Source of the DNA: Pelagomonas calceolata
Taxonomy: Eukaryota
Length of the DNA: 64,000 bases
Assembly: GCA_918797485.1 (NCBI GenBank)
Contig: CAKKNE010000003.1
Coordinates: forward strand, 4,588,001-4,652,000
Direction of reading: 5' to 3'
Shown here: in pieces, positions 31,807 through 43,411 of the stretch
Numbering within the stretch: the stretch's first letter is position 1
How the letters are laid out: every line of letters starts with the position of its first letter
Notes under the pieces: model-generated
The model's input: the letters and a program-made list of their open reading frames with translations, nothing else
The model's database searches: none
What the model was told of the DNA's origin: nothing
Translations under genes and position numbers: made by a program

Positions 31807-32630
31807 CGCGTGCGTCGCGACTTGATAATTTCTTCGTTGCGCCACGCTCCGTGCGCGTTAGCTCGCGGCTCTCCTCAACTCAGGTCAGCCCTTTCTTGGT
31901 GGCGCGTGTTATTTCTGGCTGGCGGCCCGCGCCGCCGCCGGTTGCCAGAGCGGTAATTTAAGGCCCGGGCCCCGATTTGACTATCCTGGCAGGCATACTA
32001 GTAGTGGAAGTACTCATGACTTACCTCAGTGAGAATCCCCGCCCATAGACCCCACCCACCCTGCGTTACTCAGTAAGAAATCCCGTCTATAGCGACGTCT
32101 ATAGCGGGGGCGCGGCGGGGCGAAGGCTGTCAGTGCTAAGCGGCGTGATGTGGAGCTCCGAGTCTGCCTCCTTGTCTGGGAGTGGTTGCCAGTAGAGGTT
32201 CGCGGATACACTGGCAAGTAGCAGCTAGTCACGGTATCATGATCACGATGCTTGAGCAATGGCCCACATGGCGCTGGCAGTGGGTCCCCTCATTTGAAGA
32301 TCGGGTTCCCGCCCTTCACGCCTTAAGTTGGCCGGGAGTCCGGGGAATTTGGATAAGGAGCCCCAGAGAGGTACTTTGAGCGCCCCGAGACCGGGCTGGG
32401 CGAGACTCGAGAGCGAGAGGGGTATTTTCGCGGCGGGACGCGGCTGCAAACTCCATTTCGGCCCTTAATCTCCCGATCCCTTATGCTACGTATGTATGCG
32501 TTGTGGGGCGTCTGGTTCAAGTTTCCCCCGGGCCTGTATACTACTACGAGTGTCCGCGTCCCAGTCGGAGGCCTGTCTAGGAGGTCCGGCTCGGTTTACC
32601 CTCGGACGGCGGAGAATCGACTAATAGTAT

Positions 32631-33125
32631 TCAGTCTCCATCGTTAGGCACGACGCCAGCCGCCCAAGGGTGCGCGGCCCAGGGCTTGTCTGGACCAGTT
32701 CGGGCGGGCGGCCGTCGTCGCGGCGGCAGGCTCGCAGCGACCGCCCGGTGCAGGCGGCGCGCCGGCGCGGCGTCCTCGTCGGGCGCGGCGGCGGCGGCGT
32801 TTGCGGGCGCGGCGGCCGGGCGCATCGCGGTACTAGTGCCGACGACGAGGACTGTAAGCGCGGATCGTCTCAGGCCAGCTGTGCCGAGGCACCAGGCTCC
32901 GCGTAGTTCCGTCTTGCCGTGTACGAGCCGGAACGCGCCCGGCGCAAGGTCGAAGGCCGCCGCCACGCGCGCGCGCAGCAGGTCGCAGGACGCCGTCGGC
33001 CGGACCCACATCTCCACGGACTTGGTGTCCGACGCCACGGTGACGCGGAGCCGCGGTTTTTCGCGCGCCGGCGCGGCGTCCTCGTCGGGCGTGTCCAGTC
33101 CGGCGTCCGTCGCCTCCGTAGACAT
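32631..33125 (-). CDS. Small protein with a ubiquitin-like domain
   Basis: LRVTV...VRPT..LLRARVA..F.L....FRLVHGKTEL...L...GL...LTVLV beta-grasp pattern. Confidence 0.55.
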   Translation of the reverse strand: MSTEATDAGLDTPDEDAAPAREKPRLRVTVASDTKSVEMWVRPTASCDLLRARVAAAFDLAPGAFRLVHGKTELRGAWCLGTAGLRRSALTVLVVGTSTAMRPAAAPANAAAAAPDEDAAPARRLHRAVAASLPPRRRPPARTGPDKPWAAHPWAAGVVPNDGD

Positions 33126-33375
33126 GCGCGCACCTTTGCGCCGCTTGTCCCGATCGTGCCGTGCTGCCCAGGTTTTGTCCCCAATGATCGGGGCTGCCTT
33201 TCCTCACTCACCTGCGAATCACTCGGATGGGCTGTCTAGCCCATCATATTTACGTAAAACACGGTACCTACGGTACCTACTGCGGTACCGTAGGTAGGGG
33301 TATAAAAAATATAAGATATTGGCGCCATTTTGCGGTCGTGATCCACAAAGCCTTGCTCACACGCCGAAAGGCGCG

Positions 33376-36300
33376 ATGGCCAGCTACCTCGGGTCGCTCA
33401 TCTCCGGCGGCGGCGACGCGCCCGCCGCCGCGCCGGAGCCGGCCGTCGGGCCCGGGCTCCCGCGCGCCGAGGCGCTTTCGTTAATAGACGTCGACGACGA
33501 GGGCGCGTTCGCCGTCAACGAGGAGAGCGCCCAGATCCTCGCCGGCATCGAGGGCAAGCTCTGCGTGGTCTGCGTCGCCGGCCTGTACCGCACGGGCAAG
33601 TCCACGATCGCGAACCTGCTCGCGGACGCGCACGGCAAACGCGGGAACTTCACGATCGGCCACGGGGTGCGGCGGTGCACGCGCGGCATCTGGCTGTGGG
33701 GCGCGCCCGTCCGGACCACGCTCGCGACGGGCGAGCCGTGCACGATCGTGCTGCTGGACGTGGAGGGCCTCGGCGGGCTCGAGGCGGACGGCCACTACGA
33801 CACGCGGCTCTTCGCCCTGGCCGCGCTGCTCTGCTCGACGCTCGTCTACAATTCCCTGGGGGCGGTCGACGAGCACGCCATCTCCAACCTGGCGTTCGTG
33901 GCGAACCTGACGCAGCACGTCCGGATCACCGAGGACGACCACCCAGGCGAGGGGGACTTCGAGCGGCACTTCCCCGCGTTCGTGTGGGTCGTGCGCGACT
34001 TCGCGCTCGACCTCGAGGACGAGCGCGGCGACGCCATCGACGCGAACGAGTACCTCGAGAACGCGCTGCGGGAGCAGGTGGGCTTCGACGCCGCGACGGC
34101 GGAGCGGAACCGCGTCCGCCACATGCTCAAGGCCTTCTTCAGCGAGCGGCGGTGCTTCTGTCTGGAGCGGCCCGTGCTGGACGAGGACCGCCTGCAGAAT
34201 TTACAGGCGGTGCCCGTGGACGAACTGCGGCCCGCGTTCCTGCGGAGCTTCGCGGAGCTGCGCGAGCACGTTCGCGCCATGTCCGCCGTCAAGCGGGTCC
34301 GAGGAAGGGCCGTGTCCGGAAGGACCTTCGTGGAGCTGTGCAGGCGGTACGTGGACACGCTGCAGTCGGGCGGCGTGCCCACGGTCGCGACGGCCTGGGA
34401 GGAGGTCATGGCGCGCGAGTGCGCGCGGGCCCGGGCCGAGGCTTTAGAGACGTACGAGGCCGCCTTCGCCACGCACGAGGACGTGGAGGACGACGAGACC
34501 TTGCTCAAGACGCACCGGGACGCTGCGAAGCGCGCGCTCGGGGCGTTCCGGGCCCAGGCCGGCGGCGCGACGTTCGAGAGCAGCCTGGGCGAGCTCGAGG
34601 CGGAGTGTCTGCAAAGGCTAGAAACGAGGCGCGCGGCGAACTTCGACCAGTCCGCCAAGGCGTGCGACGCGCTCTGCGCGCGGCTGCACGACGCGGAAAT
34701 TGCGCCGAAGCTCGGGAGCGCGGGCGACCGCTACGCGGACGCCGCCGCTCTGGCGTTCGACGCGCGCCGCGTCGCGGCGATGTACGAGAAGGGCGCGCGG
34801 GGCCCGGCCCGGCCCGGGCGGCTCGCGGCCTACTTCTCGGGGCGGATCCTGGACGCGTACCGCGTCCTGTTCGACGCGAACGAAGACGCGCACCACAAGG
34901 CGCTGGACGCGGCGGAGGCTCAGGCGCGCGGGGCCGCGCAGAGTCTCGCGCGGTGCGAGGAGCACAAGAAGGCGGCCCTGGAGCAGCTCGAGGTGCTGCG
35001 GGCCGAGGTCGTCGCCGTCTCCGGGGAGAAGATGCGCGTCGAGGCGCAGCACAAGGCGGCGCTCGACCGGGCGCGCACCCTGGAGGGCGAGGGCGACGCG
35101 TTGCGGCGGCGCGCCGACGAGGCCCACCAGGACCTCGAGGACGCGCGCGAGCGTCTGGAGTCGGAGCAGACGTGGCAGGCGCAGCTCCACGCCCGGCTGG
35201 AGGCCGCGGAGGTCGAGAAGGGGGAGACGTCGTCCAGGTTGGCGGAGCTCGGGGCCGCGCTGGACGAGCGCCGGCGCGACGAGGCGGCGGCGCGCGCGGA
35301 ACTGGGGGAGAAGCGCGAACGGGAGGAGGCGCTCAAGGCCGAGCTCGCCGACGCGGCGCGCGCGGCCGCGGCCGTCGCGGCGCAACTGCGCGACGCCGAG
35401 GCGCGCCTCGCCCAGGCGGAGCGCGCCGGGACTTCCGCGAAAGCGGAGCGGGACGAGCGGACCGCGGCGCTCGCCGCCGAACGCGAGCAAGCGGCCGCGA
35501 CCCGCGAGGCGCTGGCGGCGCTCGAACGCAACGTCGAGGCGCTCCACGAGGAGCTGGCGGCGGCGCACCGGTCCCGGGGCGCCGCCGAGGAGGCACTGGA
35601 CGAGGCGCGAAACGCCGGCGACGCGTCGCGCGAGGCGGCCGAGGAGCGCCTCGCGCGGGGCGCCGCCAAGGAAGAAGAGCTGGAGGCGGCGCTCCGGGGC
35701 GTTTCGACGGAGAAGGCGGCCCTCGAGGCCGAGAGGGCGGATCTACAGAAAGCGCTGGCGGACGCGCGCGACGAGGCGCTGAGCGTGGAGCGGGCCCGGA
35801 AGCGCGCGGACGGCGAGCGGGCGGAGCTGGTTCGCAAGGCCGCGCAGCGGACCGAATACCTGCAACAGCAGCTCGACGCGCACCGGAGCGGCAAGGCCGC
35901 GGCGGAGGGCGCGCTCGCGCGGGAGAAGACCCAGACGGATTCCACGACGCGCGAGCTCGACGCGCTCCGGGCCGTCAACGCCGAGCGGGCCTCGACCGCG
36001 GAGGCCCGCATCCATCTCCTGGAGAAGCAGCTCGAGCAGGCCAAACAGGCGTGCCGCGAGGCCGAGCGGCGGGCCGCGTCCCTCAAGTCGAGCCTCGAGT
36101 CCAGCGCGTCCGAGCTGAACGCCGTGGCGGCGCAGCGCGCGGTTCTTTTGGATGAAAAGGAGAAGATGCAGGCCCTCTGGGAGAAGTCGCTGACCGACCA
36201 CTTTCATTCGTTGCACGAGGCCCAGGCGACGCTGGGTGACGTGTCGCAGAAGGCGGACGCGCGGCACGAGGCGACGGCCTCGCGCGTCGCCGCGCTCGAG

Positions 36301-36699
36301 AGCCAGCTCGACGACTACCGGCGCATCGTGGACAAGGTCCAGACCCGCCGCGAGGGGCTGCTGCGGAAGCGGACGCGGTCGCGGCTCGTGAAGCAGACCT
36401 GGCACGTCAAGTGCTTCCGCCTGGTCGGCGGCGCGCTGCTCCACGGCGACCGGGACGGCGCGGGCGAGAAGGCGTTGGCGCTGGACGCGCGCGCGACTGC
36501 GGAGGCCATCAAGGCCGACGTGCGCAACGCGTTCCGCGTCCGCAATTCCAACGGGGACGAGCTCCAGCTGGCCGCGATCGACCGCGTGGACATGGACGAG
36601 TGGCTCGCCGCCGTCGCGGAGACGGTCGCCGACCTGCGCGCGGCCGAGGACCGCGTCGCCGACCAGGCCGAGCGCTTCAAGCAGGAGTCGGAGAACTAG
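33376..36699 (+). CDS. Guanylate-binding protein (GBP) GTPase with long coiled coil and C-terminal PH domain
   Basis: GLYRTGKS, CTRGIW, LLDVEG, VWVVRDF; long coiled coil; REGLLRKR...W...F.L...EWLAAV PH signature. Confidence 0.92.
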   Translation: MASYLGSLISGGGDAPAAAPEPAVGPGLPRAEALSLIDVDDEGAFAVNEESAQILAGIEGKLCVVCVAGLYRTGKSTIANLLADAHGKRGNFTIGHGVRRCTRGIWLWGAPVRTTLATGEPCTIVLLDVEGLGGLEADGHYDTRLFALAALLCSTLVYNSLGAVDEHAISNLAFVANLTQHVRITEDDHPGEGDFERHFPAFVWVVRDFALDLEDERGDAIDANEYLENALREQVGFDAATAERNRVRHMLKAFFSERRCFCLERPVLDEDRLQNLQAVPVDELRPAFLRSFAELREHVRAMSAVKRVRGRAVSGRTFVELCRRYVDTLQSGGVPTVATAWEEVMARECARARAEALETYEAAFATHEDVEDDETLLKTHRDAAKRALGAFRAQAGGATFESSLGELEAECLQRLETRRAANFDQSAKACDALCARLHDAEIAPKLGSAGDRYADAAALAFDARRVAAMYEKGARGPARPGRLAAYFSGRILDAYRVLFDANEDAHHKALDAAEAQARGAAQSLARCEEHKKAALEQLEVLRAEVVAVSGEKMRVEAQHKAALDRARTLEGEGDALRRRADEAHQDLEDARERLESEQTWQAQLHARLEAAEVEKGETSSRLAELGAALDERRRDEAAARAELGEKREREEALKAELADAARAAAAVAAQLRDAEARLAQAERAGTSAKAERDERTAALAAEREQAAATREALAALERNVEALHEELAAAHRSRGAAEEALDEARNAGDASREAAEERLARGAAKEEELEAALRGVSTEKAALEAERADLQKALADARDEALSVERARKRADGERAELVRKAAQRTEYLQQQLDAHRSGKAAAEGALAREKTQTDSTTRELDALRAVNAERASTAEARIHLLEKQLEQAKQACREAERRAASLKSSLESSASELNAVAAQRAVLLDEKEKMQALWEKSLTDHFHSLHEAQATLGDVSQKADARHEATASRVAALESQLDDYRRIVDKVQTRREGLLRKRTRSRLVKQTWHVKCFRLVGGALLHGDRDGAGEKALALDARATAEAIKADVRNAFRVRNSNGDELQLAAIDRVDMDEWLAAVAETVADLRAAEDRVADQAERFKQESEN

Positions 36700-36909
36700 G
36701 CGGGCCTGTCGTCGTCGCCGGGCCCGGGGGGGGATCTTTTTAAAACCAATCGACATAGCGGCCATCGATTTCAACTGGCTCTGAGACGGACACAGTGGCA
36801 ACATCATGATCGGCATCATGATTTGCAGTGGCCAGCCTACTTCTAGTATTTACTAGTATTTATTTAGGCTAGCTGCGTATGTACGTGTACTCTGCCGTTC
36901 ACGGGCCTA

Positions 36910-37382
36910 GTACAGCGATAATGCTATGATGCTGTAGTTACCTTTATCTAGAGCTCCTCTCAGGTTCTAGTAGATGAACGTACTTATGGGGTTAGCCTCA
37001 CTTGGGCTTTGTAGGGTCGATTCCCGCTGTTCCCCCCAGTGAAGTGAACTTACTTTAGGTTCACCCCGGTGTTTTTACGGCGCCTACTTAGCGCCGGGCT
37101 TGATCCACTTGGATAAGTAAGAAGATACGGGATATAGGGAAATATCAGCTCCGGGCACATGCCGGCTGATATAGCGTGTTGATAGGCGAGAGTAATGTAG
37201 CCCTAGATCCGGCGATAGGGGGCTATGGCGTTGCAGATATATATCTAGGGGAGTTTTCACCTCACGTTTCAGTGAGAGTTCTTCCTGTTGGCATCTCCGT
37301 GTCATATTGACACCCGAGAGACCTAGCTACCACAGCTGCATTGTGCACTTGCTGCACCCAGCTCATTAGACACCAGCACATA
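36910..37382. repeat. AT-rich dispersed repeat, inverted copy at ~55997-56290, partial match at ~2625-2680
   Basis: 37261-37382 and 36910-36975 match the reverse complements of 55997-56118 and 56228-56290. Confidence 0.8.
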
Positions 37383-37914
37383 CCGAAGCTAATATCGCTG
37401 AACCTAGCTCAGGCTCACCCAGCCTAGGGCTGGGCCAACCTGACTACGAGAGTGTTTCATAGTGAACTGTTGTTACACCGTAGCGTCAAAGACACTCGCT
37501 GTATAGACTCAAATATTAGAGAGTGGGAGATACATATCTAGGGTAGGAAGGACTAGTAGGTTTCTCTCTCTACCGTACCATGGTACCGTACCTACGGTAC
37601 GTCTCGGAATTAATTACTGCGGGAAAATTAATTACGAGGGAATTAAGAGCCAGCGAAAAAACTCCGAAGACTCCGATCCGCAATTCTCTGTTGTTTGGGC
37701 ACTAACAGAGAGCATCCGCGAACCACGCAGGATCACCGCGACCCAGGGCGACCGCGCCTTGGCATGGCAGACCGACGGCGACCGTCACGGCCCAATCTTG
37801 CCCCGACGCGCTAAAGCCTTAGCAAAGGGCAACTCGAGCGCACCATGCATGCGCAGCCGCCTAAACAAAAACGACGGACGCGGACGCACGGCAAGTGATC
37901 CATCTGAGACCTCG

Positions 37915-38955
37915 ATGGCGCCGCGGCCGCCGGGCCACCCTTTGTGGTTCGCGGTCCTCGGCTCTGTCGTCGCGGCCGTCCCGTTGGTCCCGAGCCAGCG
38001 CCCTTTGGCCGAGAACATCACCGAGTACTTCAAGAGCCGGGCCCGTTCGTCTCGCGACCGGCTAGCAACGGAGCGGCGCCCGAAGCCGACGCTCCAAATG
38101 CCCTTCGTCTTCATGCACCAGCGGAAGGCCGGCGGCAGTTCGATGCGGAGCGTGCTCGTGCACGCGGCCCAGCAAAATAACCTCACCTACTGGGTGCCAT
38201 GCTACAACAAAATCGGCTGCGAGAACTATGACCCGCCCGTCGACGGCACGGCGAAGAAGTTTGCCGTGTTTGGCGGCCACATGTACTGGTCGGGCGTCGA
38301 GAAGGCACTCGGCACCGCCCGCGGCAAGCGCCCACACCTGGACAGCAACGTGCCTTTCGAGTGCTACACGAGCTTCCGCGAGCCCCTCGGCCGCGTGGCC
38401 TCGTGCTGGGACTACCGGGGCTTCCGCGCGTTCGCCGGCGATAACATATCGGCCATTACGCCGGCGAAGTTCCGCGAGTACCTCGCGGAAGGCATGAATT
38501 CCTATGACGAGGGCTGCAACAACGAACCGCTACGGTTGCTGTCCGACTCGGGTCGCGCGGAGGAGAAGGTCAACAAGCTGACGTCCGGGACCGGCGGGGA
38601 ACCGTGGTGCGACGCCGACGGCTGGGCCCTCGACGCCGCGGCCACGCTCGAGCGGACGTTGGCGCACCTGACGGAACATTGCGTCGTAGGGGTGCTGGAA
38701 CGCTGCGAGGACACGAAGGCGTCAGTCGAATTCTTCTTTCCATGGCTCGCGGCATCGTTCGACTGCGGCGTGCACCTCAATAAGTACAGCGGCAGCGCCC
38801 ACAGCGACCTGACGAGGTCGGAGGAAGCCGAGATCAAGCATCAGAATCGGCTCGAATACATGGCCTACGACGTCGCTAACCGCCTCCTCGACGCGCAACT
38901 CGAGGTCGTCGCCGCCGCGCGCAGGCCGGCGGGACAGCACAACTTTGTTGCATGA
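37915..38955 (+). CDS. Golgi-type sulfotransferase family protein
   Basis: Signal/anchor, FVFMHQRKAGGSS (5'-PSB), TSFREPLGRVAS (3'-PB), VVGVLE. Confidence 0.8.
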   Translation: MAPRPPGHPLWFAVLGSVVAAVPLVPSQRPLAENITEYFKSRARSSRDRLATERRPKPTLQMPFVFMHQRKAGGSSMRSVLVHAAQQNNLTYWVPCYNKIGCENYDPPVDGTAKKFAVFGGHMYWSGVEKALGTARGKRPHLDSNVPFECYTSFREPLGRVASCWDYRGFRAFAGDNISAITPAKFREYLAEGMNSYDEGCNNEPLRLLSDSGRAEEKVNKLTSGTGGEPWCDADGWALDAAATLERTLAHLTEHCVVGVLERCEDTKASVEFFFPWLAASFDCGVHLNKYSGSAHSDLTRSEEAEIKHQNRLEYMAYDVANRLLDAQLEVVAAARRPAGQHNFVA

Positions 38956-39398
38956 GCTACGTCCACGTTACAGTGCAGTGTAGAAGTGCAGTGTATATAT
39001 CTAACTGTGTACTCCAGATACTTGGCCATTACTAGTAGTAATCATCCGGGTTCGAGCTACTAGTAGGGTCCGAGTCCGAGTCACTCTTCTGTGTGGGATG
39101 ATTAGGGCCCGGGTAACCCCGGGCAATTCTTTCTTGTAAGATTTTGACGCATACTCCGTGAGTCCTAATTAAGCTAAATTAACCTGCGAAGAATCCTAAT
39201 ACTGCCAGGAGACTTCAAATATAGGGGGGTAAGGTACCTACGGTAGGTACCGTAGGTACCGTAGGTACCGCAGTAATACCAGTTAGCGAAATCAATTGCA
39301 ATTATTTCCTGGTAAAAGGCGGCAAAAATCGAATATTCCAGTCAGAGACTGATAATGCTCGCCCGGGCAGCCTCGCCAACCGCGGTGGTGGGAATGCG

Positions 39399-40683
39399 AT
39401 GACAGGGGCTCGGTATTGCCTCCTCCTGCTCCCCGCGGTCGCCCCGGCGCCGCCAACGGCGCTGCTGTCCTGCCGCGCCGCGCACGACTTTCTCTGCGCC
39501 GGACGCACCCGGGAGAATCGCGGCACGGTGTGCTTTGACGTCGCCGCTTCGGCCGGCGGAACGCCGGCGGTCAGCCGCTTCCAAGCAAACTCGCCGAAGG
39601 GGGCTAAAACTCTGCGGCTTCCACGGGGTCGCTTCCGTCAACGCGGGGCGCGCCCAGCGCATGGCCCTGTTCCTGGCGGACGGGCGCTGGCCGGCGACGC
39701 CTGGCGGTGCGGTCGTCGTCGAGACCGAGGACATGCCCTGGGCAGCGACGCTGCCCCGCGCCGACGCCGCCGCGCTCGCCGCGCGCGGCGTGCCCGTGCT
39801 GGTCTACTCGGCGGCAACGAGCTACTCGACGTGGCCCGCCGAATTCGGCTCGGGTGGAAACGACACGCGGCCCTACGTCCTCGCGCCGGACCACGACTAT
39901 GTCGCGAGCCGGGGCTACGCGGACGCGTTCTGGCGGCGTGCGCCCCCGAAATACGCGTGGGCCGCCAAGGCACCGCACGCCGTCTGGCGCGGGTCGTCGA
40001 CGGGCCCGGTCGTGGGCGACCCGGCGAAATTGGATCAGAACGCGCGCCTCGCGCTGTGCCGGCGCGCCCAGAATTTGACAGTGCTCGACGCGCGCATCTC
40101 GAACGTCGTGCAACTGCGGGGCGCTGTCGCGGAGCTCGTCAAGAAAAACTACAAGGGTGCGCCGATCCTCCCGGAGACGTGGCTCGCGGCGAAGGCGGTC
40201 GTAGATGTCGACGGCAACTCGAATAGCTGGGCGGGGTGCTTCTGGAAGCTGGGCAGCAACTCCGTCGTGCTCAAGGTCGTGACGGAGCTGCGGCAGTGGT
40301 ACTACCCGCTCCTCGCTGCGAACACGCACTTCGTGCCCGTGGCGAGCGACCTTTCGGACCTCGATACGCGCCTCCGTGCGGCGCTCGACCCCGCGAACGA
40401 CGCGGCGATGCGCAAAATTGCCGACGCGGCGACGGCGCTGATGAACTCGACGCGCATGCGCTACGGGCCGACGGCGGACGCGTTCGCGCGATACCTGGCC
40501 GGGCGCTTTTTGCGCCGCGACGGCGGCGGGGCGCCCGGCCCCGCGGCGAGCCCCGCGCCCGAGCCGCCGCCCGGCCCGCTGGGCCTCGCGGACCGGCTCG
40601 AAAAGCTCGCCGCGCTGCACGAGCGCGGCGTGCTGACCGACGCGGAATTTGCCAAGGCGAAGGCGCTCCAGCTGGGGCTCTGA
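39399..40683 (+). CDS. Glycosyltransferase family 90 (CAP10/KDELC-like) with C-terminal SHOCT; one frameshift near 39600-39610
   Basis: AVWRGSSTG, VDVDGNSNSW, SNSVVLK, QWYYPLL..THFVPV..DLSDL; LEKLAALHERGVLTDAEFAKAKA SHOCT motif. Confidence 0.8.
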
Positions 40684-41903
40684 GCACCCACAGTATGTCA
40701 TAATGATAATGCCTACTAGTCACCCGTGGCCCAGTGGTAGGTACTTGTAGTAAATAAATAAAAATAAATTAAAGCAGACCTAAAAAGGGCACAAGCTCCT
40801 AAGTGCCATCTCCCTGCTCGGTCAGGATGCCCAACCGGTGCTTCGAAATAGCAACTAATATAATTAGAAATTGAGCCTCTGAGGAGTCACGCCGCTTGGC
40901 GGCTTTCGCCCCGTTTACATTTGGAGCTTGGTCCTTTTTCAAGTTCTTCTTAATGCAAGTACCTCTACATTGTAGTTGACACCTCTAGATTTGTCGTATT
41001 TTAACTGTGTAGCTAGGGTGTGCAGTGGTGCTTCTTTTGGATACTTCAGGTAGTCTATTTGTGTGTAGAATGGATCTTTTTCTGGATCATTCACTTCATA
41101 TAGAGCTGCCACTGGGTTTGTTCGGAATTTTGATAGGAATGTCAGATCGGAGAAGTTTTCTCTTTTGTCTGATAAACCTAGGGTTTCACGAGCTTGTCTG
41201 TGTTGCTCAGATGTAGCTGTTGAGGTTGACCCAGCCGCCCTGATCCAGTGCTCATGTTGTTAGGGAGTTGTAGTTACAGCGATGTATATCTGCTGTTATG
41301 TAGGTCGTTTTCGAAACCAATCAACCAGTAGGGAGACGGTGCCAAGTTCAGGCAGAGCGTCGACTCCCGTACCGCAAGAGTCAACCGACCTGGTGGAGGG
41401 GTTTCTGAGTGTTGGAGTCTAACAGGGTATCAACGCAAAGTTGAACGGCCGTGGGCCCATAACCTGCTAAAAATACTAGGCAGTGAGGTGCCTAGGAGCA
41501 CGGCAGTGCTTTGCACTGATTCCCTAGTTGCCAGACCCCGTGGTACTAAAATACGGAGAGAGGTTGTGCTCATACGCGTTCTTAATAGTCTAGGAGGGAA
41601 TAAGGACTACTAGGGTAAGGATAGGGGTATTTTTCTAGCAGCCTAGCCACCCGGCCGACTCCCTGCTTGGCTGATTTTTGTATACATCCTATTCTACTAG
41701 TACTACTAATGGTGGCACTCCAATTTTAGTCATGGGAGAGACCGTCCAAGACACGGGCCGCGGCCCAGACTCAGTACCATGGGAGATGATGGTCAACACT
41801 GTAATCGAGGAGGTCGGTCGCGAGGGCGCTCTCATCAATCGGGCCCGCCACCCCGTGGAAACCCCTTCACTTCTCTAAAGCACACACATCCTTAGTACCT
41901 TAC

Positions 41904-42887
41904 TCAGTAGGACGAGTACGACCGGCCGCCGGCGAAGCCGCCAGTCGGGCCCTCGACGTACGAGGAGACGGCGTCCTTGGCGGCGCCGAAGAGACCCAGG
42001 GCCGCCGACCCCGCGCGCGCGGCGAGGCCGTCGTCGTCAGGCGCGTCGCGCGCGTCGGCGAACGCGGGATTGCCGTGGCCGCCGTAGCGCCCGCCGCGTG
42101 CCGTCCCGGCGTGCTCCCACGCCGGGCCGGACGCGTACGCGGTGGGCGGCGCGGCGGCGCCGCGCGCGCGTCGCGCCCGCCGCTTCTCCTCGCGCCGCCG
42201 CTCCTTCTCCCGCTCCTTCTCCTTCTTCGCTTTGCGGCGCTCCTTGCGCCGCGCACGTTCGGCGGCGGCAGCGCCGTCGTCCGGCGTAGTGGCGGCGGGC
42301 GCGGGCGCGTCATCCTCGGACTCCTCCGTCGCCGATTCGTCGCCGCCCCCGGCGTCGAAGAGCGCGAACGTCCGGGGTGCCGCGGGCGCGGCCCCCAAGA
42401 GCCCGCCGGGGGACGACGGTGCAACAACCGCGGCCGCGGGTGCGGCTCCGAACAGCCCGCCGAAGCCGAACGGGTCGTCCGTCGGGGGTGCCGCGGCCGC
42501 GGGCGTGGCGACCGCGCGCGCGCCGAACGCGTCGCTCGGCGCGACGGCGTCGGCTGGGGCGAAGAGATCGGGCGCGATGGGGTCGCCGGGCGGCGGCGCG
42601 GGCGGCGCGGGCGCGGGCGGGCTCGCGGGCGGGCTCGCCGCCGTCGCCGCCGGGGCGCCGGCCTCGACCGCTTCCCGCCAGAGCGCGTCGAGCGAGTTGC
42701 GCGGCGCCTCGCCGCCCCCTCTCGTCGCCGGCGGCGGCCGCGGCGGCGGAAAGCCTCCGGCGCCCCGCGCGTAGGGCTGCTGCCGCTTCAGGGCGGCGTG
42801 GAGGGCGGCGAGTTGCTGCCGGCAGCTCGCGAGGTCCTGCCTGAGCTGGGCGTTCTCAGCCCGCAGCCGGCGCAATTCGATGTCCAT
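41904..42887 (-). CDS. Low-complexity hypothetical protein with N-terminal coiled coil
   Basis: ATG ORF with GC3 bias; ELRRLRAENAQLRQDL coil; DLF/DPFG motifs. Confidence 0.65.
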   Translation of the reverse strand: MDIELRRLRAENAQLRQDLASCRQQLAALHAALKRQQPYARGAGGFPPPRPPPATRGGGEAPRNSLDALWREAVEAGAPAATAASPPASPPAPAPPAPPPGDPIAPDLFAPADAVAPSDAFGARAVATPAAAAPPTDDPFGFGGLFGAAPAAAVVAPSSPGGLLGAAPAAPRTFALFDAGGGDESATEESEDDAPAPAATTPDDGAAAAERARRKERRKAKKEKEREKERRREEKRRARRARGAAAPPTAYASGPAWEHAGTARGGRYGGHGNPAFADARDAPDDDGLAARAGSAALGLFGAAKDAVSSYVEGPTGGFAGGRSYSSY

Positions 42888-43411
42888 CTTTGCGACAATG
42901 GCTTACGGCCGTGTCGACCGCTGTATGTATACTTATGTAGGGTACCTACGGTACCTGGTACCCTCACGGTAAGGTACCTTGCTATTACAGAACGTTTACT
43001 CCTCCCCTCCGAGAGGCCTCGGAACAGTTATCAAACCATCGCAAACAATCGCCCAAACACTTGAATTCAGGTAAAAACACTTGCGCGCGCAGTACCCGCA
43101 ACTTGAACGCGCGACTGCCGCCCCTATCCGAGTCAGCGCCCCTGAGCCCGCCCCCAGCGCAAGATAGCCACCGACGACGCCCCTTAGACCGAACGCAGCC
43201 CCTTTTTAGCACCCTTTTTGGGCGGCGGGGGATAGCTCCCAAAACCCCGAATTGACCTCTCCTTGACCCCTACCCCTAGAGGGGACTCACCTATGCCTCT
43301 AACCAAAGCCGCGACAATCCCGGCAGTCGTCAGCCTACCCGACTCACTGGCGCACTTACGGAAACCTACAACCGTCCTCGCGCATGCACGCCACCCGATC
43401 GCACGCAGTCG

